Source of the DNA: an uncultured Erysipelotrichaceae bacterium
GTDB lineage: Bacteria > Bacillota_I > Bacilli_A > Erysipelotrichales > Erysipelotrichaceae
Direction: 5' to 3'
Assembly: GCA_964401865.1 (NCBI GenBank)
Contig: CAYNZZ010000003.1
Span: forward strand, 30,001-62,000
DNA: 32,000 nucleotides
Shown here: positions 1 through 7,734 of the stretch, in pieces
How the letters are laid out: the number at the start of each line of letters is the position of its first letter
Numbering within the stretch: position 1 is the first letter of the stretch
Program-made: the position numbers and the translations under genes
Notes under the pieces: model-generated
The model's database searches: none
What the model was told of the DNA's origin: nothing
What the model saw: the letters and a program-made list of their open reading frames with translations, nothing else

Positions 1-78
1 AGAATACCGTTTAAGATATATGGTTTAAAGGTTGAAGAAGGTATTGAAGCTGATCTTAAAAAGGATGTAGACTTATAA
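1..78 (+). CDS. 3' end of an upstream gene (last 25 codons ...RIPFKIYGLKVEEGIEADLKKDVDL*). The product cannot be identified from this fragment.
   Basis: Frame 1 is open from the window edge to TAA at 76-78. It is on the same strand as the following dcw genes. There is no recognisable motif. Confidence 0.35.
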   Translation, partial: RIPFKIYGLKVEEGIEADLKKDVDL

Positions 79-96
79 TCAAGAAGTTGTTATTTA

Positions 97-105
97 TGGT
101 AGAAT
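97..105 (+). promoter_or_regulatory. Extended -10 promoter element TGgTAGAAT directly upstream of murG
   Basis: TG at 97-98 and TAGAAT at 100-105. The hexamer ends 6 nt before the murG ATG (112). There is no convincing -35. A second perfect TATAAT lies at 74-79. Confidence 0.4.
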
Positions 106-111
106 GATTAT

Positions 112-1170
112 ATGAAAATTGTAATGGTTGCAGGGGGTAGTGGTGGGCATATTTATCCTGCTATTACACTGGCTAAAGAATGTATAAATAAAGGACATGA
201 AGTCTTTTTTATTGGTGCAAATGATAGGATGGAAAAAGATGCAGTTCCATCTTTTGATATAGAATTTATCGGTTTGAATGTCAAAACCACAAGAGGTGGC
301 ATCATTCAAAAGATGAGCAGTGCATTTTCGATGCTTACGAGTTATCTCAAATCTAAGAGTACATTAAAGAAAAGAAAAGTTGATTTAGTTATTGGTTTTG
401 GTAATTATATTTCGGTTCCAGTTATTTTGGCGGCAAAAGATTTAAAAATAAAGACGGTTATTCATGAACAGAATTCATTTGTCGGAAGAGCTAATCGTTT
501 TTTAGATAATAAAGTTGATTTGATAATCGGCTCATATGAAGAAAATAAAGAACAATTTAAGAATCCTAATTTAGTTATTTTAGGTAACCCTCAGTCATCG
601 GTTGCTTTAAAATGTGAAAGAGATGATAGAGTCATTGCTGATTTAGGACTGGATCCTAATAAAAAGACTTTACTTATTTTTATGGGTTCGCTAGGTTCGG
701 AAAGTGTAATGAAGAATATTCTAGATTTTTTCAATTTGACTGATGGCTCATATCAAATTATTTATGCGACTGGTTCAAAATTATTTGAAATGGCCAAAGA
801 CTACTCAAATGACTATATTAAGATTGTTGAAAAAGTAGAAGGCGTTAAAGTGATGAAGAGTTCAACACTGTTATTATCTAGAGCTGGAGCGACTACAATA
901 GCTGAGATTACATCGGTTGGCATGCCTAGTATTTTAATTCCATCGCCATATGTTCCTAATAATCATCAGTTTTACAACGCTAAGGCGTTAGTGGACAAAA
1001 AAGCAGCTTTGATGCTAGAAGAAAAAGATTTAAACAAAGAAAGTTTAAATGAGTTGATTAATAAATGTATGAATAGCGAAGAATTGCGAAATGAATTATC
1101 TAAAAACGCAAGAAAACAAGCTAGAGATCATGCGATTGAAGATATTATTTTAAGGATAGAAGAATTATGA
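112..1170 (+). CDS. murG: MurG, UDP-GlcNAc:undecaprenyl-PP-MurNAc-pentapeptide GlcNAc transferase
   Basis: 352 aa. The N-terminal glycine-rich motif MVAGGSGGHIYPA is typical of MurG. It has a GT28-type C-terminal half (RAGATTIAEIT...PSILIP) and a dcw context. Its stop overlaps the murB start (ATGA at 1167-1170). Confidence 0.95.
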   Translation: MKIVMVAGGSGGHIYPAITLAKECINKGHEVFFIGANDRMEKDAVPSFDIEFIGLNVKTTRGGIIQKMSSAFSMLTSYLKSKSTLKKRKVDLVIGFGNYISVPVILAAKDLKIKTVIHEQNSFVGRANRFLDNKVDLIIGSYEENKEQFKNPNLVILGNPQSSVALKCERDDRVIADLGLDPNKKTLLIFMGSLGSESVMKNILDFFNLTDGSYQIIYATGSKLFEMAKDYSNDYIKIVEKVEGVKVMKSSTLLLSRAGATTIAEITSVGMPSILIPSPYVPNNHQFYNAKALVDKKAALMLEEKDLNKESLNELINKCMNSEELRNELSKNARKQARDHAIEDIILRIEEL

Positions 1171-2066
1171 AAAGAGAAGTTTTAAATTTTTTGTCATCGC
1201 ATGGTGATTTAAAAACCGATGCGAAATTTAAAGATATTACTACCATTAAAATTGGTGGCAATATTGCATATTTAGTTTCGCCATATGATATCAATCGACT
1301 ATCTTTAATCATTAAGTTTTTAAGACAAGAAGATATCGACTACAAGATCATTGGTAGAGGATCAAATATTATTTGTGGTAATCAGGATTGGGATGGTTGT
1401 GTCATAAGACTTGAACACCTAAATCAGTATCATTTTGAAGATGACGGTACATTATATGTTGAAGCGGGCGTAACTGCTCCAAGATTAGCTAATGTCATGG
1501 CGGTTCAAGGATTGAGTGGTTTAGAGTTCGCTAGTGGAATACCTGGCACAATTGGTGGTCTTATTTATATGAATGCTGGCGCTTACAAGAAGTCGATGAG
1601 TGATATTATCAGCGAAGTTTTGGTTTTGATTGATGATGAACTTGTATGGATGAAAAATGAAGAGCTAGATTATTCATATCGTTCATCAATCTTTCAAAGA
1701 CATCCAGACTGGGCCATTTTAGCATGCCGATTAAAAGTTGAAAAAGCTAAGCCGGAGGTTATTAAAGAATTAATTGCCGATCGTTTAAAGAGAAGAAGGG
1801 CTACTCAACCTTTAGACAAACCTAGTGCAGGAAGCTGTTTTAGAAATCCTGATAATGATTTTGCGTGGCGTTTAATCGATGCAGTTGGTTTTAGAGGTTA
1901 TCGTTATAATGGAGTAGAGATATCATCTAAGCATCCTAACTTTATTTTGAATGTCAATAATGCGACGGCTGATGATTTTATTACAACCACAAATTTAATT
2001 AAGTTAAAAGTAAAAGATCAATTTGGGGTTGATTTGATAATGGAAGTGGAGTTGTTTAATTGCTAG
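1167..2066 (+). CDS. murB: MurB, UDP-N-acetylenolpyruvoylglucosamine reductase
   Basis: 299 aa. It has an FAD-binding fold (IKIGGNIAYLV, GRGSNI), catalytic-region motifs (GSCFRNP, ISSKHPNFILN), and is coupled to murG. Confidence 0.95.
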   Translation: MKREVLNFLSSHGDLKTDAKFKDITTIKIGGNIAYLVSPYDINRLSLIIKFLRQEDIDYKIIGRGSNIICGNQDWDGCVIRLEHLNQYHFEDDGTLYVEAGVTAPRLANVMAVQGLSGLEFASGIPGTIGGLIYMNAGAYKKSMSDIISEVLVLIDDELVWMKNEELDYSYRSSIFQRHPDWAILACRLKVEKAKPEVIKELIADRLKRRRATQPLDKPSAGSCFRNPDNDFAWRLIDAVGFRGYRYNGVEISSKHPNFILNVNNATADDFITTTNLIKLKVKDQFGVDLIMEVELFNC

Positions 2067-2893
2067 AAGAAAAAAAGATAATTGATCGAAATTATCTAAT
2101 GAATAAAAGAAATGATGCTCGCTTGAGATCGAAGTTTTATGCGGTTAAACACCGTTTATTTGTCGTTGGCATTATTATGGGATTAGCCATTATCATAGCT
2201 TTTTATTTATTAAGTGGCTATTCTAAAGTATATAAAGTTGTTGTTGAAGGGAATGTTTATTATACCGATAAACAGATTGTTAAATTAAGTGGAATCAATG
2301 AAGATAGTTTTCATCTTTTTACTTTTCCTTTTATTGTTGAAAATAGAGTAAAAGATGATATTTTGATTGATAGTGTCAAAGCTAAAATTAAAGATAATCG
2401 TATTATCAATATTGAAGTTAAAGAGAAGAAAATTGTTGGATATATCAATAGTTCTGATGGAGTTTTTTATGTCTTGGATGATGGTACAAGAATGGAAATG
2501 GATAAAGATAATTCTCACTGGATTAATCGAGTTCCATTAATCGAAGGATATACAGATGAGCAACTAGATAATATAATAAGTGGCTTTAAAGACATTGATA
2601 TTGATTTGCTCAATCAAATATCTGAAATACATCGCTATCCTTTTACATATGATGACAATATGCTTGAAGTCGTTATGCGCGATGGCAATTATGTTTTTAT
2701 TTCTTCGTTTGGCCTTGATCTATTAAATCAATACTATTCCATAGTTTCGGGAATAGGTAGTCGTGATGAATCTCACTGCATCTATTTGGATGAGGTAACG
2801 AATAGTGGTTACAGCTCGTCTTGTCCATGGAATATCGAAACAATAGAAAATGAAAATGAAAGCTCGAATTCAAAAGCAGAGACAGGTGAATAG
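2060..2893 (+). CDS. divIB: Cell division protein DivIB/FtsQ (single TM plus POTRA domain)
   Basis: 277 aa. A basic N-terminus is followed by a TM helix (LFVVGIIMGLAIIIAFYLL) and a POTRA-like segment (YKVVVEGNVYYTDKQIVKLSGI). It sits after murB. The TTG start at 2060 has GGAG 8 nt upstream. The alternative ATG at 2099 has no SD. Confidence 0.8.
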   Translation: MLEEKKIIDRNYLMNKRNDARLRSKFYAVKHRLFVVGIIMGLAIIIAFYLLSGYSKVYKVVVEGNVYYTDKQIVKLSGINEDSFHLFTFPFIVENRVKDDILIDSVKAKIKDNRIINIEVKEKKIVGYINSSDGVFYVLDDGTRMEMDKDNSHWINRVPLIEGYTDEQLDNIISGFKDIDIDLLNQISEIHRYPFTYDDNMLEVVMRDGNYVFISSFGLDLLNQYYSIVSGIGSRDESHCIYLDEVTNSGYSSSCPWNIETIENENESSNSKAETGE

Positions 2894-2895
2894 TT

Positions 2896-3642
2896 ATGCA
2901 TTACTGCATGAGTGATATACATGGATGTTTCGATGATTTTCTCGAAATGTTGGAAATAATTGAGTTTAATGATGATGATATTCTATACATTATCGGCGAT
3001 GCCATTGATAGGGGGGATAAACCTTTAAAAACAATTGAATATATTAGAAAAAAAGATAATATTATTCATTTAAAAGGTAATCACGAATTGATGGCGGTTG
3101 AAGGTTTACTAAACTATAAAAAGTGCGAGTGTATTACTAGCCATTGGAAATACAATGGTGGTGATGTAACTTTTGAAAATACTTTAAAATTAAACGAAGA
3201 AGAATTAGATGATTTAATTAATTATTTCGATAATTTGAATGATTATTTACAGATAGAAGTAAATGACAAAAAATTCTTGCTGGTGCACGGAGGTTTTGAC
3301 ACTTCTAAATATGACGATATCGAAAAGTGCGATAAAAATGATCTCCTATGGTTTAGAGGGCCGTTTTTTGAAAAGCCATATCAAGATAAGATGATTGTTA
3401 TGGGTCATATCCCAACGCTGGCTCTAAGTGCTTACATTCAAAAAGCCCTTTTTAGTGGTGGATACGATCATGATTATTACGATGAAAACATATTAAAAGA
3501 AGCAATAGATAAATGTGAAAGATCAGAAATGCTTATTTTGGAAAATAGATGCTTTATCGACTGTGGAAGGGTATTTAAACATAATTTAGGATGTTTAAGA
3601 CTCGAAGATTTTAAAGAGTATTATATTAAAAATGACACTTAA
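2896..3642 (+). CDS. Metallophosphoesterase (PPP-family Ser/Thr phosphatase / ApaH-PrpE-like)
   Basis: 248 aa with the calcineurin-like motifs SDIHG, GDAIDRGD, GNHE, VHGG and GH. There is an AGGTGA SD 6 nt upstream of the ATG. Confidence 0.85.
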   Translation: MHYCMSDIHGCFDDFLEMLEIIEFNDDDILYIIGDAIDRGDKPLKTIEYIRKKDNIIHLKGNHELMAVEGLLNYKKCECITSHWKYNGGDVTFENTLKLNEEELDDLINYFDNLNDYLQIEVNDKKFLLVHGGFDTSKYDDIEKCDKNDLLWFRGPFFEKPYQDKMIVMGHIPTLALSAYIQKALFSGGYDHDYYDENILKEAIDKCERSEMLILENRCFIDCGRVFKHNLGCLRLEDFKEYYIKNDT

Positions 3643-3664
3643 AGAAGAAAGTGTCATTTTTAAT

Positions 3665-3692
3665 ATATAAAAAAACACCTAAACAGGTGTTT
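3665..3692 (-). terminator. Rho-independent terminator ending the minus-strand tRNA operon. It also sits 3' of the + strand phosphatase gene.
   Basis: Stem ACACCT (3675-3680) / AGGTGT (3685-3690) with loop AAAC. On the minus strand the stem is followed by a run of 7 T (complement of 3669-3675). Confidence 0.6.
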
Positions 3693-3701
3693 GATATCAA
3701 A

Positions 3702-3777
3702 TGGTGGTTCCGGCCAGAATTGAACTGGCGACACACGGATTTTCAGTCCGATGCTCTACCGACTGAGCTACAGAACC
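3702..3777 (-). tRNA. tRNA-Phe (GAA)
   Basis: The reverse complement is GGTTCTGTAGCTCAGTCGGTAGAGCATCGGACTGAAAATCCGTGTGTCGCCAGTTCAATTCTGGCCGGAACCACCA. It folds as a cloverleaf with anticodon loop CTGAAAA and encoded CCA. Confidence 0.95.
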
Positions 3778-3779
3778 AT

Positions 3780-3857
3780 TGGTTGCGAGGGAAGGATTTG
3801 AACCAACGACCTCCGGGTTATGAGCCCGACGAGCTAACCAGACTGCTCTACCTCGCG
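3780..3857 (-). tRNA. Initiator tRNA-fMet (CAU)
   Basis: The reverse complement is CGCGAGGTAGAGCAGTCTGGTTAGCTCGTCGGGCTCATAACCCGGAGGTCGTTGGTTCAAATCCTTCCCTCGCAACCA. It has a C1-A72 mismatch and three G-C pairs closing the anticodon stem, which are the initiator hallmarks. The T-stem carries tandem U-U (see findings). Confidence 0.88.
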
Positions 3858-3899
3858 ATGTACATACAATATGATAGCATCAACTAAAGATATTGTAAA

Positions 3900-3990
3900 T
3901 GGCGGAGGAACTGGGATTCGAACCCAGGCGCCGGTTTCCCGACCTACCGGTTTTCAAGACCGGACCCTTCAGCCACTTGGGTATTCCTCC
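3900..3990 (-). tRNA. tRNA-Ser (UGA)
   Basis: 91 nt class II tRNA with a long variable arm. Anticodon loop CTTGAAA, acceptor GGAGGAA/TTCCTCC, encoded CCA. Confidence 0.95.
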
Positions 3991-4008
3991 ATAAAAGTTT
4001 TATATAGT

Positions 4009-4085
4009 TGGTGGACCCTGTAGGACTCGAACCTACGACCAACCGGTTATGAGCCGGTAGCTCTGACCAACTGAGCTAAGGGTCC
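4009..4085 (-). tRNA. tRNA with a CAU anticodon. It is most likely tRNA-Ile2 (lysidine type) rather than a second elongator Met.
   Basis: The reverse complement is GGACCCTTAGCTCAGTTGGTCAGAGCTACCGGCTCATAACCGGTTGGTCGTAGGTTCGAGTCCTACAGGGTCCACCA. The GGACC acceptor and CTCATAA loop resemble Bacillus tRNA-Ile(CAU) as I recall it. Separate initiator and elongator Met tRNAs sit next to it. The isotype call is an inference. Confidence 0.85.
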
Positions 4086-4089
4086 AAAC

Positions 4090-4166
4090 TGGTAGCGAGG
4101 GTGGGACTCGAACCCACGACCTCCCGGGTATGAACCGAGCGCTCTAGCCAACTAAGCTACCTCGCC
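4090..4166 (-). tRNA. Elongator tRNA-Met (CAU)
   Basis: The reverse complement is GGCGAGGTAGCTTAGTTGGCTAGAGCGCTCGGTTCATACCCGGGAGGTCGTGGGTTCGAGTCCCACCCTCGCTACCA. The TTCATAC anticodon loop is typical of elongator Met. The 1-72 position is paired. Confidence 0.9.
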
Positions 4167-4180
4167 ATTTAGATAAAAAA

Positions 4181-4257
4181 TGGTCGGGATGACAGGATTT
4201 GAACCTGCGACCCCTTGATCCCAAATCAAGTGCACTACCAAGCTGTGCTACATCCCG
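4181..4257 (-). tRNA. tRNA-Pro (UGG)
   Basis: The reverse complement is CGGGATGTAGCACAGCTTGGTAGTGCACTTGATTTGGGATCAAGGGGTCGCAGGTTCAAATCCTGTCATCCCGACCA, with anticodon loop TTTGGGA. Confidence 0.95.
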
Positions 4258-4271
4258 ACTAAAGATAATAA

Positions 4272-4348
4272 TGGCGCGCCCAGTAGGACTTGAACCCGCA
4301 ACCTTTTGATCCGTAGTCAAACGCTCTATCCAGTTGAGCTATGGGCGC
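4272..4348 (-). tRNA. tRNA-Arg (ACG)
   Basis: The reverse complement is GCGCCCATAGCTCAACTGGATAGAGCGTTTGACTACGGATCAAAAGGTTGCGGGTTCAAGTCCTACTGGGCGCGCCA. Anticodon loop CTACGGA, discriminator G73. The T-stem GCGGG/CCTAC contains one C-A and one G-U pair. Confidence 0.92.
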
Positions 4349-4356
4349 ATAATAAG

Positions 4357-4442
4357 TGGTGGGGATAAAGGGACTTGAACCCTTACGGCATTGCTGCCGC
4401 CGGATTTTAAGTCCGACGCGTCTACCATTCCGCCATATCCCC
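4357..4442 (-). tRNA. tRNA-Leu (UAA)
   Basis: 86 nt class II tRNA: GGGGATATGGCGGAATGGTAGACGCGTCGGACTTAAAATCCGGCGGCAGCAATGCCGTAAGGGTTCAAGTCCCTTTATCCCCACCA. Anticodon loop CTTAAAA with a long variable arm. Confidence 0.95.
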
Positions 4443-4447
4443 ACTTT

Positions 4448-4521
4448 TGGAGGTTCCTGCCAGATTCGAACTGGCGATCACAGAGTTGCAGTCTATTGCC
4501 TTACCACTTGGCTAAGGAACC
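4448..4521 (-). tRNA. tRNA-Cys (GCA)
   Basis: The reverse complement is GGTTCCTTAGCCAAGTGGTAAGGCAATAGACTGCAACTCTGTGATCGCCAGTTCGAATCTGGCAGGAACCTCCA. Anticodon loop CTGCAAC, discriminator U73, encoded CCA. Confidence 0.95.
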
Positions 4522-4556
4522 GCATTGAATATTGTTTTTTCAATCTGTGCCTATTT

Positions 4557-4585
4557 ATATTATCAAATACTATTTTAAATTGCAA
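4557..4585 (-). promoter_or_regulatory. Candidate sigma-A promoter of the tRNA operon
   Basis: On the minus strand: TTGCAA (4585-4580), a 17-nt spacer, then TAATAT (4562-4557), preceded by TGa (extended -10). It lies about 35 nt upstream of tRNA-Cys. Confidence 0.5.
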
Positions 4586-4727
4586 CAACAATTTATATTT
4601 TTTATACACCTTATAAAACTTTAATATTTTATTTATTTTAGTTCCTAAACTTGTGGGAATTTCTTTTGTTTGCTATTCTAATATAGATAAATAGTATATA
4701 TGTATAAGTATTAAAGAGGATATTGAT

Positions 4728-6368
4728 ATGAGTCAGATAGAAAAAGAGTTAATTCAAAGCATCAAGGATGCAGTAAAAAAATTATATGATTTAGATAATG
4801 TTGATAGTTTAATTATGATCGAGATACCAAAAGATCAAAGTAACGGAGATTATTCAACTAATATTGCTATGCGCCTTACTAAAGTGTTAAAACGTAAACC
4901 ACAAGAAATAGCTATGGAATTAAAAGGTGCCATTTCTAGTCAAAGCATCGAACATATAGATATTGCCGGTCCTGGCTTTATTAACTTTTGGATGAATAAA
5001 TCAGCTATTGCCAATATCATCAATATCGTGTGCGATGCAGATGAGCATTATGGCGAAAACAATGCTGGTAATAATAAGAAAGTATTACTTGAGTATGTCT
5101 CTGCTAATCCGACTGGTATTTTACATTTAGGTCATGCCAGAGGTGCAGCTTGGGGCGATAGTGTTGCAAGACTTATGAAGGCATCTGGCTTTAATGTCAC
5201 AAGAGAATACTATATAAATGATGCTGGTAATCAAATGAATATGTTGGCCTTATCTTTATACGAGAGATATAAAGAGGCTTTTGGTTTGGAGTTTAAATTG
5301 CCTGAAGATGGGTACCATGGACAAGATGTTAAAAACATCGCTTTACAAATCAAAGAAGAATATGGTGATATTTGGTTATCTAAAAGTCAAGAAGAAACTT
5401 TAGCTTTTATGAAAGAAGAAGGTCGTCGATTAGAAATTGAAAGAATCAGAAAAGATTTAGATTATTATCGTTGCGAATTCGACTCTTGGGTAAGTGAACA
5501 GAAGATTGTATCTGAAGACCGTGTAAATAAAGTTATGGATGCGATGAAAGAAAAGAATTTAACTTACGAAAACGAAGGAGCTATTTGGTTTAAATCAAGC
5601 GAATATGGTGATGACAAAGACAGGGTGCTATTGAAAAGCGATGGTTTCTATACATATTTAACACCTGATATCGCTTATCATATGTATAAGTTAGAAAGAG
5701 GCTATGAATTATTAGTAGATTTTTTAGGCGCTGATCATCATGGATATATCGCGAGAATGAAAGCGGCTATTGAAGCAATGGGATATAGCAGAGATACTTT
5801 GGATATCGATATCATTCAAATGGTGCGATTAGTTGAAAACGGTGAAGAAGTTAAAATGTCAAAAAGAACCGGTAACGCCGTTACTATTCGTGAACTGTGC
5901 GATGATATTGGCGTTGACGCTTGTCGGTATTTCTTTTTGTCTAAGGCATTAGATACTCATATGGATTTTGATTTAGGTCTGGCTCGTTCAAAAACCAATG
6001 AAAATCCAGTTTATTATGCTCAGTATGCTCATGCTCGAATCTGCTCTATTTTGCGTCAAGCGAACGAAGTGAAACTTCAAGATGCTTATAAGCTGCTACA
6101 TGATGATAAGGAAACAACGCTTCTTAAACATATCAATGAATTCCCATCGGTAGTTGCAGACAGCGCAATAAATCGTAGTCCAAATCGAATATGTAATTAT
6201 ATTCAAAAATTAGCACAGTATTTCCACTCTTTTTACAGTACATTACGTGTTATTGATGAAAATAATCCTGAACTTACCAATGAAAGATTAGCATTATTAA
6301 AAGCTACTAAGATAACTTTAAAAAACGCACTATCATTTTTAGGGGTAGATGCACCAGAAAAGATGTAG
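4728..6368 (+). CDS. argS: Arginyl-tRNA synthetase
   Basis: 546 aa class I aaRS. It has a HIGH-type motif (ANPTGILHLGHARG), a KMSK-type motif (MSKRTG) and an ArgRS N-terminal Add-1 type domain. SD AAGAGGA lies 8 nt upstream. Confidence 0.97.
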   Translation: MSQIEKELIQSIKDAVKKLYDLDNVDSLIMIEIPKDQSNGDYSTNIAMRLTKVLKRKPQEIAMELKGAISSQSIEHIDIAGPGFINFWMNKSAIANIINIVCDADEHYGENNAGNNKKVLLEYVSANPTGILHLGHARGAAWGDSVARLMKASGFNVTREYYINDAGNQMNMLALSLYERYKEAFGLEFKLPEDGYHGQDVKNIALQIKEEYGDIWLSKSQEETLAFMKEEGRRLEIERIRKDLDYYRCEFDSWVSEQKIVSEDRVNKVMDAMKEKNLTYENEGAIWFKSSEYGDDKDRVLLKSDGFYTYLTPDIAYHMYKLERGYELLVDFLGADHHGYIARMKAAIEAMGYSRDTLDIDIIQMVRLVENGEEVKMSKRTGNAVTIRELCDDIGVDACRYFFLSKALDTHMDFDLGLARSKTNENPVYYAQYAHARICSILRQANEVKLQDAYKLLHDDKETTLLKHINEFPSVVADSAINRSPNRICNYIQKLAQYFHSFYSTLRVIDENNPELTNERLALLKATKITLKNALSFLGVDAPEKM

Positions 6369-6389
6369 GTATAGAAACAGGTAAATCAT

Positions 6390-7721
6390 ATGTCAATTGA
6401 AAGAATACTTCAGGAAGTTGAAAAAAGAGATGGTGATCAGAAAGAATTCATTCAAGCGGTTAATGAAGTTTTTGACAGTTTAAAATTAGTTGACAAATTT
6501 CATCCTGAATATCGAGAAAAGGGGATTTATCAGCGTTTAGTTGAACCTGAAAGAACTATCATTTTTCGTGTGCCTTGGCTAGATGACAAAGGTGAGGTGC
6601 AAGTTAACAGGGGATATCGTGTTCAATTTAATAGTGCTTTAGGACCTTATAAGGGTGGACTTCGTTTTCACTCGACGGTTAATTTGAGTGTTATCAAATT
6701 TTTGGCTTTTGAGCAGACCTTCAAAAACGCTTTAACTGGCATCATGATGGGTGGTGGCAAAGGTGGAAGCGATTTTGATCCTCATGATAAAAGTGATGGC
6801 GAGATAATGCGTTTTTGTCAAAGCTTTATGAATGAATTGTATCGCCATATTGGACCTCATAAAGATATTCCGGCTGGTGATATTGGTGTAGGCGCTAGAG
6901 AAATAGGTTATTTATTTGGACAATACAAAAAATTGCAGAATGAATTTAGCGGCGCTCTAACTGGCAAACATATCAATTTTGGTGGTTCTTTGGCTCGTAA
7001 ACAAGCTACTGGATATGGACTTATTTATTTTATGAATAAATATCTAAGTGATAAAGGTATGAACTTTGAAAATAAAAAAGTGATTATATCTGGTTCAGGT
7101 AATGTAGCATTATATGCTTTAGAGAAAGCTGTAACCATGAAAGCTAAAGTTGTGGCGATGTCTGATTCTGAGGGTTATATCTACGATGAAAATGGTATTG
7201 ATTTCAAAGTCATGCATCGCATTAAAGAAGTTGAACGTCAAAGAATCAGTACTTATTTGAAATACGTACAAACCGCAGAATATCATCCAAACAGTAAAGA
7301 TATATGGAAGATAAAATGTGATATTGCTTTGCCGTGTGCTACACAAAACGAGATAGATTTAAATGATGCTAAGCATTTAATTCAAAACGGTTTAATAGCT
7401 ATCGGTGAAGGAGCTAATATGCCATGCACTGTCTCTGCCAGTAAAGAATTTATTAAAAATAATGTTTTATATGCACCAGCTAAAGCTAGTAATGCGGGTG
7501 GTGTAGCTGTTTCGGGTTTGGAAATGAGTCAAGATGCATTGTTTAGACCGTGGACTTTTGAAGAGGTCGATGAACAACTCAAAAAGATAATGGAAGATAT
7601 CTACGAAAAAATTAAGGCGAGATCAATAGAATATGAAGATGAAAAAAATCTTTTATTAGGAGCTAATATTGAAGGATTCATCAAAGTCGCAGATGCAATG
7701 CTGATGCAAGGTATAATATAA
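6390..7721 (+). CDS. gdhA: Glutamate dehydrogenase (NADP-type Glu/Leu/Phe/Val dehydrogenase family)
   Basis: 443 aa. It has the catalytic motif GGGKGGSDFDP and a dinucleotide-binding motif SGSGNVALYALEK like E. coli GdhA. There is no terminator between it and argS. Confidence 0.95.
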   Translation: MSIERILQEVEKRDGDQKEFIQAVNEVFDSLKLVDKFHPEYREKGIYQRLVEPERTIIFRVPWLDDKGEVQVNRGYRVQFNSALGPYKGGLRFHSTVNLSVIKFLAFEQTFKNALTGIMMGGGKGGSDFDPHDKSDGEIMRFCQSFMNELYRHIGPHKDIPAGDIGVGAREIGYLFGQYKKLQNEFSGALTGKHINFGGSLARKQATGYGLIYFMNKYLSDKGMNFENKKVIISGSGNVALYALEKAVTMKAKVVAMSDSEGYIYDENGIDFKVMHRIKEVERQRISTYLKYVQTAEYHPNSKDIWKIKCDIALPCATQNEIDLNDAKHLIQNGLIAIGEGANMPCTVSASKEFIKNNVLYAPAKASNAGGVAVSGLEMSQDALFRPWTFEEVDEQLKKIMEDIYEKIKARSIEYEDEKNLLLGANIEGFIKVADAMLMQGII

Positions 7722-7734
7722 GGGGGATCTTATT

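Noticed and set aside
94-309. Remaining short minus-strand ORFs, including 94-309, 2285-2518, 7119-7346, 12583-12786, 13847-14071, 14584-14787, 15758-16063, 16676-16942, 17754-19691 (several), 21898-22092, 22835-23527, 25248-25445 and 27094-27300.
   Set aside because: Each lies antisense to a confidently identified + strand gene. None has an SD, and all have biased, hydrophobic or Ser-rich junk-like translations.
3651-4616. ORF-track entries 3651-3887 (+), 4259-4444 (-) and 4356-4616 (+).
   Set aside because: They run straight through nine well-folded tRNA genes. They are artefacts of a stop-free structured RNA sequence.
4620-4727. Possible T-box or other leader upstream of argS.
   Set aside because: Only about 100 nt are available. 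There is no GGUGGUACCGCG-like T-box sequence and no terminator hairpin, so this is simple promoter/SD region.
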